Shown: piece after piece, positions 39,615-52,243 of the stretch | How positions within the stretch are numbered: position 1 is the first letter of the stretch | Layout: every line of letters begins with the position of its first letter | Origin: Chiloscyllium plagiosum | Lineage: Eukaryota | DNA: 64,000 nt | Assembly (NCBI RefSeq): GCF_004010195.1 | Contig: NC_057751.1 | Coordinates: 10,224,589-10,288,588, forward strand | Direction of reading: 5' to 3' | Program-made: the position numbers and the translations under genes | The notes under the pieces: generated by a model | What the model was told of the DNA's origin: nothing | Database searches by the model: none | What the model saw: only the letters and a program-made list of their open reading frames with translations

Positions 39615-40151
39615 TATAAAACTGAATATGGTGATTTAATCAACTTCGTCAGATATTCTTGATAGAAAAGTAGCTGTTTATTGAAACTTCTCAATCATTT
39701 GCAAAACATAGTAAGTTGGAGATGTATGAGTAATTTCTAATATACCACAATCAGAAGGATATCGTACCAAACGTATGAATGATATAGCTTTCAAATTAGA
39801 GATGTTTTATTTCTGTGAGAAGAAAGATTAAAGGAGGAATCTGATAATGATATTCATTGAGTCAAACTGATCATCTTGACATTTCATTTCACCTAAAGCT
39901 AAACTTTAAACACCAGATATTGGCACCACCTTGAGCATGTATTTATGTTCTTGGCCATTTTTTTTTCACGAATGGCCCAGTAAAGTGACGGGAATACTGG
40001 AAAACACTTACTTTTGCAAAGGGCTGTGTAACTAACCCTTACCTAAAAGATATCCAGTCACTGATGCTTGAGCTGCTTGTGTTTATTTTTGTTTTTGCCA
40101 GCATTTTAACATGTTCTTCAGTACAGATAAATCAAATACACTTACCTCTTT

Positions 40152-40375
40152 GATTAGATTAGATTCCCTACAGTGTGGAAATAGGCCCTTTGGACCAACA
40201 AGTCCACACCGACCCTCCGAAGAGTAACCCACCCAGATCCATTTCCCTCTGACTGATGCATCTCACACTATGGACAATTTAGCATGACCAATTCACCTGA
40301 CCTGCACATCTTTGGACTGTGGGAGGAAACCCACGCAGACACAGGGACAATGTGCAAACTCCACACAGTCACCCT
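40152..40375 (-). mobile_element. 5'-truncated HE1-like SINE
   Basis: gattagattagatt tail and V-domain. Confidence 0.85.
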
Positions 40376-40754
40376 GTAACGCTTTTGCAGGACTTGAAAT
40401 CTTCTTCAGATAATCCAAATTCGGATAATCAATATTCAGATAATTGAGGTTCCTCTATAGTTGAAATTTGAGAACACTAAGTTAGACATAATAGATTGAC
40501 CTGGAATGAATTCCCAAAATTAAATTTTTAATAAAATATTACATCTTACAGCTCCTGTATGACTTCATCAGAAACAAAATTATCATTGGGTTTTGCTTGT
40601 GCTGGGAATCCAAAATCATGAGCCATAACTCGGAGATACTAACTAATCTTCACAGCGATCACTTCGAATGTGGAACTTGTTACTAAATGATTTGCAAGAT
40701 GGTAAATAGTATTGATGCATCTTATGGGAGCCTAGTGACGGTGAGAGAGAATAG

Positions 40755-41097
40755 TCACAGGTGAGGTGCCGGAAGACTGGAGGTTGGCTAATGTGGTGCC
40801 ACTGTTTAAAAGGGGGCCAAGGGAACAATTCACCAGTGAGCCTTATGTCAATGGTGGGCACATTGTTGGAGGGAATCCTGAGGGACAGGATGTACATGTA
40901 TTTGGAAAGGCAAGGACTGATTAGGGATAGTCAACATGGCTTTGAGCATGGGAAATCATGTTTCACCAACTTGATTGAAGTAATGAAGAGGATTGATCAG
41001 GGCAGAGCTTAACATGGCTTTGAGCATGGGAAATCATGTTTCACCAACTTGATTGAAGTTTTTGAAGTAATGAAGAGGATTGATCAGGGCAGAGCTT
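40755..41097 (+). mobile_element. CR1 RT fragment ending in a 78/87-bp tandem duplication
   Basis: SQHGFEHGKSCFTNLIE; 40933-41010 is repeated at 41011-41097. Confidence 0.85.
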
Positions 41098-41249
41098 GTG
41101 CCAAACAGTAACAATGTATGTAATTTCATGTTTTAGAGCACAGCCCACCCACGAAGTAACAATTTAAAACCTGGTAATTCCTTGCCATACCTAGTTCCTG
41201 ACAATTCAGAGGATGCAATCAAGAAAAATAAAGAACTGGCATTTTAGTT

Positions 41250-41558
41250 TACTGTTTAGTTTTAGTTTAGTTTACATTACAGTGTGGAAACAGGCCCTTC
41301 GGCCCAACAAGTCCACACCGACCCGCTGAAGCGCAACCCACCCATACCCCTTACCTAACATTACAGGCAATTTAGCATGACCAATTCACCTGACCTGCAT
41401 ATCTTTGGACTGTGGGAGGAAACCGGAGCACCCGGAGGAAACCCACGCAGACATAGGGAGAACGTGCAAACTCCACACAGTCAGTCGCCTGAGGCGGGAA
41501 TTGAACCCGGGTCTCAGGCGCTGTGAGGCAGCAGTGCTAACCACTGTGCCACCGTGCC
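41250..41558 (-). mobile_element. Near full-length HE1-like V-SINE
   Basis: A and B boxes, V domain, (CTAAA)n tail. Confidence 0.9.
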
Positions 41559-42269
41559 AGAAATATGTTTGAGAGCATTCATCGTGCCAGAAATATGTTT
41601 CACAACATTTTACACATCAAAATACACTGATTGAGAAAAACAGAATTTTCAGGGGCACAGAAGATTGCAGCGAAAGATTTTCAGCTGTCTTTTCAAAGCA
41701 GGAGAACCATACCAAAGGCAAAATTGTCATGACTGAAAGAATGGACACCAGAAATAAATGAAACAGGAGAAGAAGTGAGAGGTGGCCCTTTGAAGAAAAA
41801 CGGAGGTAGGCAGAGGAGCACTGATTTTACGTTGGGTGAATATGTGAGGATTCTCAATGGAGAATTGAGGTTCTCAAAGTGGAATGATGCTGACAAAATG
41901 ATTCCTTGGAGTCCACCAAATAAGGGCATTTTAAGTGTCTTACAATTCTGACCTTGTCATTATGAACAAAGTTGGTGACTGAAAAGTTTTTTTCACTGAA
42001 ATAATCATTGCAAAGTGTTGACTGAAGCAGAGACAGCAGCACAATTAAAAGGGATTATATGAGTGGAACTTAGTAGAATGTGGAGAAATAGAAATAAAAT
42101 TCAAGTGTCCGTATGTACCTGAGTAACTTACATTGGCATAAGTGTATTTGGATGTATGAACTCCTGTTCTTTGGCAAATGAAAATTCAGAGTATTTAGTG
42201 TTAACCATGTAGAACATCATACATTCCCACAGAACTGAACAGAAAGGATCATGGTTTGAAAAGGCAAGA

Positions 42270-43990
42270 ATTTGAGCAATAAAAATGAAGGAACTCTTTC
42301 GGTGAGCTAGCATCCTGGTAAATGGACAAAGAGAATTGATGTTTCAGATCTGTGACTTTTCGTCAGAACTGGGAAAAGTTGAAGAGATGTAAATTGGTTT
42401 CGAACAAAGAATGGGCAGGACAAAGACAAAAGGGAGGTCTTTGATCTGATAGAAATCAGGAGAGAATTAATAAGTTAGTCCCCAAGAAGCAAAAAGAAGA
42501 GAGATGCAGCAAGAAAAGAAATAAAGTCGTGCTGGAGGTGGTATGCATCTGGCTAAAAAAGGAGAAATTAAGTTGGAGAAAGGGAATAAGGTTTGTTGCT
42601 TGAAACTGTTCAACTGATTGTCGATTCAGAGGGTTGTAAAGTGCCTGACTGAAAGACGAAGTACTGTTTATGAGACTTCTGATGAGTCTCACTGGAGACA
42701 TCAGTTTGCAGTAAAGTGGAGAATTAGAATGACAAGCCCCTTGAAGCTCAGGCTCACAGCTGTGAATTGATCAGAGGTGCTCCGCAGTGTAGTCTTCCAG
42801 TCAGTGATTAATCTTCGCAATGTTGAGGAGATCATATTGTAATTATGTGACAAGAGATCGAAAGCACTATATGTAAATCTCCAAATGGAAGCTATGTTGG
42901 GCTGCCCATAAGAGTGCAGGTACAAGGGCAGGTGTTGTCTCTCTTCTATGTGCATGCAAATCTAAGAAAGAGACCATGTTTCAGCAGTCACTGAGGAATA
43001 AACCAGTACCCCTTCCTTCCCTTTCCAGAATTTGGAGGGTCTGTTCCCTCTGTGATACTCTGGTTCGTACTCTGTCAGCACCAATATGTTGTTTCTTCAC
43101 CTGAATAGACAGTTAGGAGGCTGGAAGAACACAGCAAGCCAGCAATATCAGAAGGTGGAGAAGTCAACATTTCAGGTGTAACCTTTCTTCAGGGCAGATA
43201 AAGGTGCTGGTGGAGGCAGGGTGATGAAGTGGGGAGAGGTGAAGACTGGTAGAGGGTGCGGCTTGGTTGGTTAATGGGAGGAATGAATCTAGTTGGTGGC
43301 AGGGAGGAGGGGGTGGGAAGGGAGGTATTTTGAAATTGGAGAACTCAATGTGGAGTCCTCTCAACAGGTATGGCAGCATCTGTGGCAAAAAAGCAGTTGA
43401 TGGGACTTGTAACGTTTACTTTCTGTTCTTCCCCACAGATGCTACCAAACCTGCTGAGTTTCACCTGCAGTTGCTGTTTTTGTTTCAGATCTACAGTATA
43501 CACACATTTGTTTTTTTTTGTGTTCCTTTTTTTGGCAGTTTTGCACACATGGAAGAGATGGAACACTGATCCTTTTATTTCCTTTCTCCTCAGCAACCTC
43601 GGTCACAAATAACTCCTTCCTGATGAAGGTGCAATTTCTTTGCACTTAATGCAATCTATTACACTATTTGCTGGTCCCAGTGTGGACTTTTACTTGGTAG
43701 AGATTGAATGTCGATTGGGTGACTCCAGAACACCTCTGTTCAGTTTTCAAAAGTAACTCCAAGCTTCACTTGGGCTGTGAATTCAATTTCCACCATGCTC
43801 TCACATTGACATCGATGATCTTGGCTGATTACTCTTGTGAGGCTCAATGAAACCTTCATAAACAATATGTCATATTTCATTTTGGCACTTAGCAGCCTTA
43901 TGAATCCAACAGAGTTCAAACATTCCAGAATGTAAACTCTGCTGGGTTTCATTTCCTTTCCTCTGCCTTCTTATTCATTTTTCTGTCAGC
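42270..43990. mobile_element. Cluster of old Penelope-like fragments (GIY-YIG remnants and pLTRs) with degenerate hammerhead motifs at 42338-42366 (-) and 43165-43192 (-)
   Basis: On -: CTGACGA-aaagtc-aca-gatct-GAAACATC and CTGAAGA-aagg-ttaca-cct-GAAATGTT; pLTR-like cacagatgct...cctgctgagtt at about 43435. Confidence 0.6.
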
Positions 43991-44118
43991 TGACCAGCTT
44001 TTGATACATACTTTGTTTCTTTTTCACTTGGAGATTAAATTTGGCCGTACAGAATAGATTTTTATCTTTTAATCACTCCTGTTTTCTGCTCGAGTACAGT
44101 TTTCCCTCTATCCATGTT

Positions 44119-44606
44119 TGTGAGAGGCCCTTGCAACGGTTGTTGTTTCTGCAAATATCATAAGGTCGCAAGGCAGAATCATGAGAGTATATACCAAGAA
44201 ATAACCAACTGAAAAGGGAAGTGGTCGACTGGCAGAAACAGATGTATTGACATGACCATTGCAATTGTCACGCATATAGGGAGTTAGTATGAATAAGGTA
44301 ACCAAATAAGACTCAGTGTTGCGTCAACAAAAGTTATAAGACCCGGCTATCAAGGTGAGGGGTTGCACACCACCAACAGGCCACAGACATGTGGTAAACC
44401 GATTAGATTAGCAACTACACAGAGCAATACAACTACCAGATATGAAGTAAAAGGGGGAATACCGAGAGACTCAATTGAACTGTATAAATTGTAATGTAAC
44501 CTCCTGATCGGGCGGGGTAACCCAGCTTGCAAGACCGTATGAATAAAGACTGCTTCAGAATTTGACTTGGACTGAAATTATTCAACAGTGAGCTTCGTTT
44601 CTCTCA
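44119..44606 (+). mobile_element. Solo LTR with 5-bp TSD (ERV-, BEL- or Copia-type)
   Basis: TGTGAGAG...CTCTCA termini; TSD atgtt 44114-44118 and 44607-44611; tataaa at about 44484, aataaa at about 44542. Confidence 0.75.
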
Positions 44607-45255
44607 ATGTTCCACCCACCCTTTGCTCAAAACCTGTTCCAATTGTAACTTTTCACAGAAATTGAACATGAACTCTGCCTTTTACACTTATGCTCCTTCA
44701 TGCGATTGGTTTTGTATTCATTTTCAGATCTCTAGCATTACTAAAATAATTTTCGACCATTATTTCGACAGTTATTTTCGACGATTCTGAAGATTTATTA
44801 AGCAAGAATGAGCGAAGCTAGAATCTGAGCTGAGGAAAACCTGTATTCCACTTCAGATACAGCGGAAAGAGTCGAATTCAGGTTAACGTTGATCTAAATG
44901 GCAATGGGAGAGAATAGAGAGAAGGAAATGTGGCTTGGGTTTCCAGCAACTGCGTAGGCTTGAGATCACCTGACTTAGGTCGACATGTAAAATTAGTTGA
45001 CACAGAATCCACTGAGTAAAAACTGGTACCTTCATATTTGTCAAAATCAATTTACACCAGCAGCAGCTCTGACTTTACAACATATTATTTTCTGTCAACA
45101 CCGCAAATTTCAGATTTCTGTCTCTCGCTCACGAGAACTGCTCTTGGCGTTTTTTTTTTCAGCCAGACCTGTAAGTGAACCCAGCGTTTTGCTTTCTGCA
45201 TAAATCCCTCAAAGGGGCCGACAGCGAAAGCGGAATTCTTGTACCATTACTGTAC

Positions 45256-45325
45256 CTCCTTCCCTTCAAAAACAGCAGACGAAGCAGAGTTGACCTCCGT
45301 GTTCAGGAGGCAAGGGTCATGGCGA
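45256..45325 (-). other. FAHD2A: Candidate non-coding first exon of FAHD2A (5' boundary uncertain)
   Basis: Minus-strand donor GAG|gtacag at 45255 beside the CpG-rich promoter. The first coding exon has an acceptor just before the ATG, which implies an upstream UTR exon. Confidence 0.4.
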
Positions 45326-45437
45326 AGAGCGGACCAATCAGCGGTGGGTGGGCGGTAACGTGACGGCTGACAGCGTATCAGCGTGGAGCAGGGACGGACG
45401 GTTCAGAGAGGATTGTCGCTGAGCTCGAGCGGGAGTG

Positions 45438-45463
45438 ATGGAGGCCCTTGGGTCGAATTTGAG
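45438..45463 (+). CDS. M17 leucyl-aminopeptidase-like gene (W07G4.4 type), exon 1
   Basis: ATG GAG (MEALGSNL) then AG|gtgagc donor, phase 2, inside the CpG-rich region; frame-compatible with downstream exons. Confidence 0.65.
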
Positions 45464-46511
45464 GTGAGCGCGCATCGCAAATCAAAAACCCCGATGCACA
45501 TTATTTTCCGAAGCTGATTTCTTTCGTCCTCTCCTCAACCCGCAAACTTTTGTTTTAACCCATCGGTGCCTCAGCTCCATGTAGGGTGAAACGGGGATCT
45601 GGAGAATTTTCTGGAATAGGATGCGACCCGAAATTTCCATCAGGGAGGCTACTGGTGCTCTCCCTTTGGATGCCCGACTTTGATTCTCACTGATTTCTTT
45701 AACACAAATAGGAAGTGCTGGAGAAACTATGTGGCTCTGGAAACATTGGCAGAGAGAGAAAGAAGCTGTTCATGTTTCGAGCCCATTGTGATCGTTTTCG
45801 AGATTTTTATTTAAATGGTGTGTCCCGATCATCTTTAGTGTGTACTTTTTGCGCAAACGGAAATTTTTTATCTGCAAGTTTATTTTCTTAGATCTTGTGC
45901 GCAGTTGTCTTCAGTGACTTGCTTTTGCAAGTATTTTATCAGTTGCTCAGTGCTCTGGGGTGGCTGGAGGTTGGGCAACGTTTAAAATACTGTAAATGAG
46001 TGCCCGTTAATACAAAGGTGACTGATATGAGTGAAGTACGTTGTGCAATGAGCTGCGTTCCCTGGATAGCGTTCCACCCCTCACACTAGTCCTCTGCCTG
46101 TTTGTGTGTGGTCAGAACTTTACCGAGCAGTCAGACATCGATGCTAATTGCTAATCTGCAGCTGGAATCTAAATGCTTGCAATATGTAGTAACTTGTTTT
46201 AAGTTCAGAAACTGGATCTATATTTTCTGTGAACTTACATCGAAGAAGATTAGAGAAATGGGGAGACTTGCATATTTGATGTTGAACTTGTGTGAACGGT
46301 CTGGGATTTGTGGTAGTTGATTGCTCGCATTAACCCCCCCCCCCCCCCCCCATAAGGCACTTCACTTGGTTTGTTTTCCCCACAGGTGCTGTTTTTCACA
46401 TATATTTAATTGAACAGTGGCTTTCTTAATCAAAAGACCTTTGGTTTCAGTTTATTTGACGTTTTTCAGATCTGTTGACTGCTTCTAAGTACATGTAATT
46501 TTTTTAAGCTT

Positions 46512-47200
46512 TGTCATATGCCAGTCTTCAAGGAGGGAGAGAGGGGAAATTGCAGAAGTGATTCCAACTAATTATACCCTCAAAGTTTCAACATATTTTT
46601 CAAGCACAACTTCCTTTTGTGGCTTTAAGAGGTGTTGTGTTTTCTTTTTGTGAAGAGAGGTTGAGATAGGTGCTGAATGCTCTGTTCCCATCTAATGAAG
46701 TTGACAGCTTTTGAGGCCTTGGAATGTTTTAAAGTTGGAACAAATAAAACAGCATCAAGGGTGGGATCAAGCTTCCACACAACCAGGATTTTAGCTTTAC
46801 ATTCAATAGTTGCTTCCACAGCTGGTTTCAATGATTTCTGTTCACATTACAGCTAAAAACTTGGGTTCTCTTCCTGCTGCTAAAATTGCATGTGAGATAA
46901 CCTCTTTTATTGAATTTGCCTTTGCCAAGGGTGTGTTTTGGGTTGTTACTCCATTGGAACAGTTATTTAATAGTTAAATCAAATATTATTCTGTTAAGTT
47001 TTCTAGTACAGTAAACTTATTATGGTTTTATTTGTATTTTAATTAGATTGAAAATAAAGTGTGTTTTGCTTCAAGCCTGGCAGTTTGATCATTTTGAGTT
47101 GCATCTGGAATGTAGTGCCTTAGACTTGCCTTTTAAAATGCAGTGTTGTGATCTGGGCCTTAGTAATATATTTTGAGTGGATTTGATCTGGTCTGTAAAG
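46512..47200 (+). mobile_element. Decayed solo LTR related to 37170-37788
   Basis: Shares gcatgtgaga, tttgccaa..gtgt, attggaa, aataaa..gtg, gtttga and ctggtc..gtaa blocks in the same order. Confidence 0.55.
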
Positions 47201-48962
47201 ACTTTTCTTAAACCAATGCTGACTCTGGCTGATCCTGTCACTATCTTCCATGTGTTCAGCAAGTACTTTTACGATGAGCTCCAGCATTTTCCCACTATCC
47301 ATGTCAAGCTAACTCATCGACAATTAAAGGTTTTCTTTCTGCCATCCTTCTTAAATAGTTGATTTCCATTCATTACCATCCAATCTATATGTCCTCTTCC
47401 AGAGTCTGTAGAATTTGGTAAATGACCAACAGTCTGTCTACTATTATCACATTGTTTTGCATCAGTCATTGGGATATCATTAGTTCTCCTTGAGTTTTTG
47501 TTCTCTGTGCTGTTTGTAATTAATGGTCTTGGTCTTCCGGCTCAACTCCGAGTTAGACATGCTACCATCGTAAACTTTTTTTTTCTTAAAGAAGATCCCC
47601 CTTCAACTTATGTTTGATCACTGTCCTCATTGTAAAAAAAAAAGACAAAGTATCCTGACAATGGAAATTGCTTGTATACAATTTAGTTGACTGTCAAATG
47701 ACCAACTAATACAAATCACCACTGTTCAAGCCTGCTGAAAGTAATCAAGGTGTCCAACTGGGTAAAGCCAGTTTCTACCTCTGCTGTGATAAGAGAATTG
47801 TTCATTCTCCTTGTTCCACAGCCTAACTAAACATAACAGAAGCTTTGCTATGTTTATTATGAAATATAAAGCAATGTTAGGTTTCCGACAAAACCTCAGA
47901 GGCTTATAATGTAAGGTTCTCATGACCCACCTGGCTCTTGAGAATGGTCAATTGTGAATTTACTACTAGAAATTGTTTGTGGCAAAATTTTATGCTCAAA
48001 GTTGAGTTTGAAGCACACATGAACGAAGACACTAGAACCATTTTGTTAATGGATGCTACTTGGTTGTTTTCATTTTATGGCAGGTTTTACAGATTTTGTC
48101 TAATAAATGGTTGTTTTCAAACTTAACATTTGTACAGATTCCAAACTCATCATCAAGTTAATTTTAAATTCAACTTGCAGTTAAAAATCTTCATATGTTT
48201 ATAGATTTCGGCCTTGAATTGCAAATGTTTACTGACCTGAACTGGTGGTTGAATTCATTTCATTTGTGAAGATTGGCCATGACCATAGACTACACTATGC
48301 ATATGATAGCCATGCTTTGAAATGCCAGGTCATTTATTTACTGATCAACAGATGCAGTCTTTAAAACGTAGAAATTACGAGTATGTCATCTGAATACTGA
48401 TGTTAGGTTTTGGACCCTTGATTACTGCTGCTATTCTGCTGAGACTCTGTCCCTCTCCTTGTCATAAGGATTGGAGTTGAGTTTTGCTCATGCAAATTGG
48501 CTGCAACATGCATTATAAAGTGACCACACTTCCAAGAAATAAACTAAAGTGCGATGGATATCCCATGTGTGATGATAGAAATGGCCTTTAAATCTGAAGT
48601 TCAAGTTCCTTTATTTTAAACCTGTTCACCCTGAAAACAACGGCAAACTTGGAACCACAGTCATTTTGCCCCAGTACTGGCCTGGTCTAAGTTGTTGGTG
48701 CAGTCACTGCCAAGTTGCAAAAGGGCATCTCTTGAATTGACTAATTCAATCTATCATTTTCATCGTGAGTACCTTGACATTGAGATTGAAGTACTGTCTT
48801 AAGTATCTCAGCCTCCATTTGGTGTACATAATTGTAAAATTAAGTTGCAAGTTACAACTTGGTGAATGCAGGAATCTGAGATTTGAGCCTTTTTTGATGT
48901 TGGTGAAATGACATCTTTAACTAAAGATGCTAACTCTGATTTTAAAATAAATTATTTTGCAG

Positions 48963-49004
48963 GATTCCTGAAATTTTCTTCACAACTGAGTTGCAAGCCA
49001 CAGA
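48963..49004 (+). CDS. Aminopeptidase-like gene exon 2 (42 nt, symmetric phase 2-2)
   Basis: ttattttgcag / gtgagt; (R)IPEIFFTTELQAT(E). Confidence 0.6.
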
Positions 49005-49234
49005 GTGAGTACAATATGAATGGATGTTGCCTTGTGTTGTAAATACTCTTTGTCTTTACAAACAGGATCTTTTCTCTTTTTAAAAGTAGCTGTCTTTGTT
49101 CTGGCAAAAGCACCAAATTCGAATGAATAACATGTAATTTTGTTCTCAAACTTTTCAAAAAATACTTATAACCACTTCAAATTTCTCCCAAAGCACATGA
49201 AAATGAGATGCAACTGTTTGTGGAATTCATAGGA

Positions 49235-49395
49235 CCCTGGTTAGTGCTGAAACAGGCCATTTGGCACAACAAATTCACACCAACCCTCTGAAGAGCATTC
49301 CACCCAGACCCATCCCCAACCCTTTTCTCCCCTGTGACCTCTGCATTTCCCAACACACCTAATCTACACATCCCTGAACATGGCCAATTTCCCAA
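49235..49395 (-). mobile_element. Degenerate HE1-like SINE 3' part
   Basis: aaacaggccatttggcacaacaaattcacacc...cacccagaccc. Confidence 0.55.
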
Positions 49396-49399
49396 GCTT

Positions 49400-51790
49400 C
49401 CCACAGACTTCGAGGGTGCATCTGATCAGGTGCTAGAGATGTATTCACTTTTGTGTTTTAAGACATCCAGCACCACTTCTGTTATACATATATTTTTCAA
49501 ATGTCCCCATCTATTTCCCCACATTGTGTATCATCAGTGTTCTTCTCCACAGTAAACACTGATGCAAAATACTGTTATAGTGTCTGGCCATCTCCTGCAG
49601 TTCCACACACAAGCTGCCATGCTGATACTTGAGGGGCCCTATTCTCTTCCTAGTTACCCTTTTGTCCTTAACATATTTATAAAATCCCTTTGGATTCTCC
49701 TTAACTCTATTTCCCAAAGTTATCTCATATTTTCTTTTTCCTCTGTTAACTGCCTGGATACTCTTCAAAGGATTCACTTGATCTCTGCTGTCTCTCTCTC
49801 TCTGACATATGCTTCCTTTTTCTTTATCTAAACCTCCATTTCTCTAGTCATCCAACATTCCATACACCTACCAGCCTTTCCTTTCACCCTAACAGAAACA
49901 TCATGTCTCTGGACTCTCATTATCTCATTTTTGAAGGCTTCCCATTTTCCAGCCATCCCTTTACCTGTGAACATCTGCCCCCAAACAACATTTGAAAGTT
50001 CTTACTTAATACTGTCAAAATTGGCTTTCTTCCGATTTATAACTTTAGCTTTTAGATCTGGTCTATTCTTTTTCTATCACTATTTTAAAACTAATAGAAT
50101 TGTGGTCGCTGGCCCCAAAGTGCTCCCCCACTGATACCTCAGTCACCTGCCCTGCCTTATTTCCCAAGAGTAGGTCATGTTTTGCACCTTCTCTCATGGG
50201 TACATCCACAAACTGAATCAGAAAATTTTCTTGGACACACCTAACAAATTCCTCTCCATCTAAACCTTGAACACTATGGCAGTCCCAGTCTATGTTTGGA
50301 AAGTTAAAATCCTCTACCATAACCATCCTATTATTCTTACAGATAAGTGAGATCTCCTTACGAATTTGTTTCTCATTTTTCTGCCGACTATTGGGGGTTC
50401 TATAATACAATCCCCAAAAAGGTGATCATCCTTCTATTTCTCCGTTACCCAAATAACTTCCCTGGATGTATTCCCAGGAATATCCTCCCTCAGTACAGCT
50501 GGAATGCTATCCCTTACTAAAAAACATACTCCCCCATCTCTCTTGCCACCCTTTCTATCCTTCTAATGGCAGTTGTATTCTGGAACGTTACACTGCCAGT
50601 CCTGTGCGTTGTTGAGCTGTCTCTGTAATTGCTATGATATCCCAGTCTCATGTTCATAACCATGCCCTGAGTTCATCTGCCTTCCCCTGTTATGCCTCTT
50701 GGATTGAAATAAATGCAGTTGCATTTATCAGTCCTACCTTGTTCTTTGCTGTGTTCCTGTCTGCCCTGACTGTTGGACTCACCCTTTTTTTTCCCAACTG
50801 TACCAGTCTCAGATTGAGCTCTTGTCTCATTATTTCCTTGGGCTCCCCTGCCCAACCTTGCTTGTTCACATCCTCCTGAGCAGCTCTAACAAATCTCCCT
50901 GCCAGTATATTATTCCTCTTCCGATTCTGGTGCAATCCCTCTTTCTTATACCAGTCACTTTTACCCCAGAAGAGATTCCAATGATCCAACGATATGAATC
51001 CTTCTTCCTAGCATCTGCTCTCAACTACGCATTTATCTGCTCTATCTTCCTATTCTTAACCTCGCAAGCTCAGTGCTGGGAGTAATCCAGATATTACTAC
51101 CCTTGAGGATCTCCTTTTTAAATTCCTCCCTAACTTTGTATATTTTCCCTTCATAATCTTATCCTTTTCCCTTCCTGTGTTGTCAGTTCCAGTACGTATA
51201 ATGACCTCCTGCTGATCCCTCCCTCTCTGACATATTCTTGATCCTTGCAGCAGGGAGGCAACATTACCGTTCTGATGTTTTGGTTGTGTCTGCAGAAACA
51301 TTTGTGTGCGCCTCTGACTAGAGACTCCCCTATTACAGTTGATTGCTTGGAACCTGATGTATCCTTCGTTATATAAGAAACATTCTCACGACCAGACACT
51401 TGGCTGTTCGTGCTACAACCTCCTGAGTCCATCACTCTCCACATGTTCCAAAACAGCAGACTTATTTGAGATGGGGATAGCCACAGGAGACTCCTGCGCT
51501 ACCTGCCTATCCCTCCTACCATTTCTGGCGTTAACCCATCTTCCGGACTATATCGGTCATTGGTCTCTCCACGTAATTGCCATCCATCATACCCCCTCGC
51601 TCCTGTAAATTCCTTATTGCCTCTAACTGTCAATCTATGCGATCTGATGGGATTTGCAACAAAAGACACTTCCTGCAGACAAAATCATCAGGAATATGGA
51701 AATTCACCCCGAAGGACGTGTCTCCTTGGGATTCATATGTTTGTGTCAATGTTCCACAATTACTTTCTGACCCTGACGTTTTAGAAAATA
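49400..51790 (-). mobile_element. CR1 5' portion (ORF1 SGNH + endonuclease)
   Basis: VIGESLVRG, GTDN, DHWNLFWG..EGLH, YYRTPNS..EDFNFPNIDW..DLLLGN..GASDHNSISF. Confidence 0.9.
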
Positions 51791-52146
51791 AACTTGTCAG
51801 GTGTAACCTTTTCTCCTCATGATTTTTCTTTGAAAATAAAACAAATTTCCAAAATGCTAAGTTTTTAATACAGCTTTCATCACTTGAGAGTGCTTCCCTT
51901 TCTTCAAAAGTCTGGATTTGGTTTACACAGTTTGTGGCTTTGACGTTTAAGTGTATCTATAATTTCTTGAATAACGATGGGCAGTAGTTCATTTTGCATA
52001 TTTTACCTGCACTGAGGTAATGTTTCTGTCAGTTTCCCACTGGAATCAAATTGGTAAATGTTGAGAAAATTTGTTGGTTTATGATCTCCAATGATGTCAA
52101 ATTAAAATAACAATGTCATGAAAGTATTGTATTTTGTGGTACACAG

Positions 52147-52243
52147 GCCAACTTGTGATGGTATTGTCTTAGTTACTGACAGCATCAACAAGCTTTCTGG
52201 AGATCTACAACAATTGAAAGTTCCACTCAACCGCTACAAATCT
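52147..52243 (+). CDS. Aminopeptidase-like gene exon 3
   Basis: acacag / gtaagt; PTCDGIVLVTDSINKLSGDLQQLKVPLNRYKS. Confidence 0.8.

Larger units (their letters stand above)
45100..45640. promoter_or_regulatory. CpG-rich putative bidirectional promoter (FAHD2A / aminopeptidase)
   Basis: Local CpG enrichment; CCAAT 45334-45338, GC box gggtgggcgg 45346-45355, CRE-like acgtgacg about 45358-45365, YY1-like catggcg 45318-45324; lies between two divergent genes. Confidence 0.7.

Noticed and set aside
48570..48597. C box (TGATGA) and D box (CTGA) pair in an intron
   Set aside because: Too short for a C/D snoRNA; no terminal stem or guide evident.
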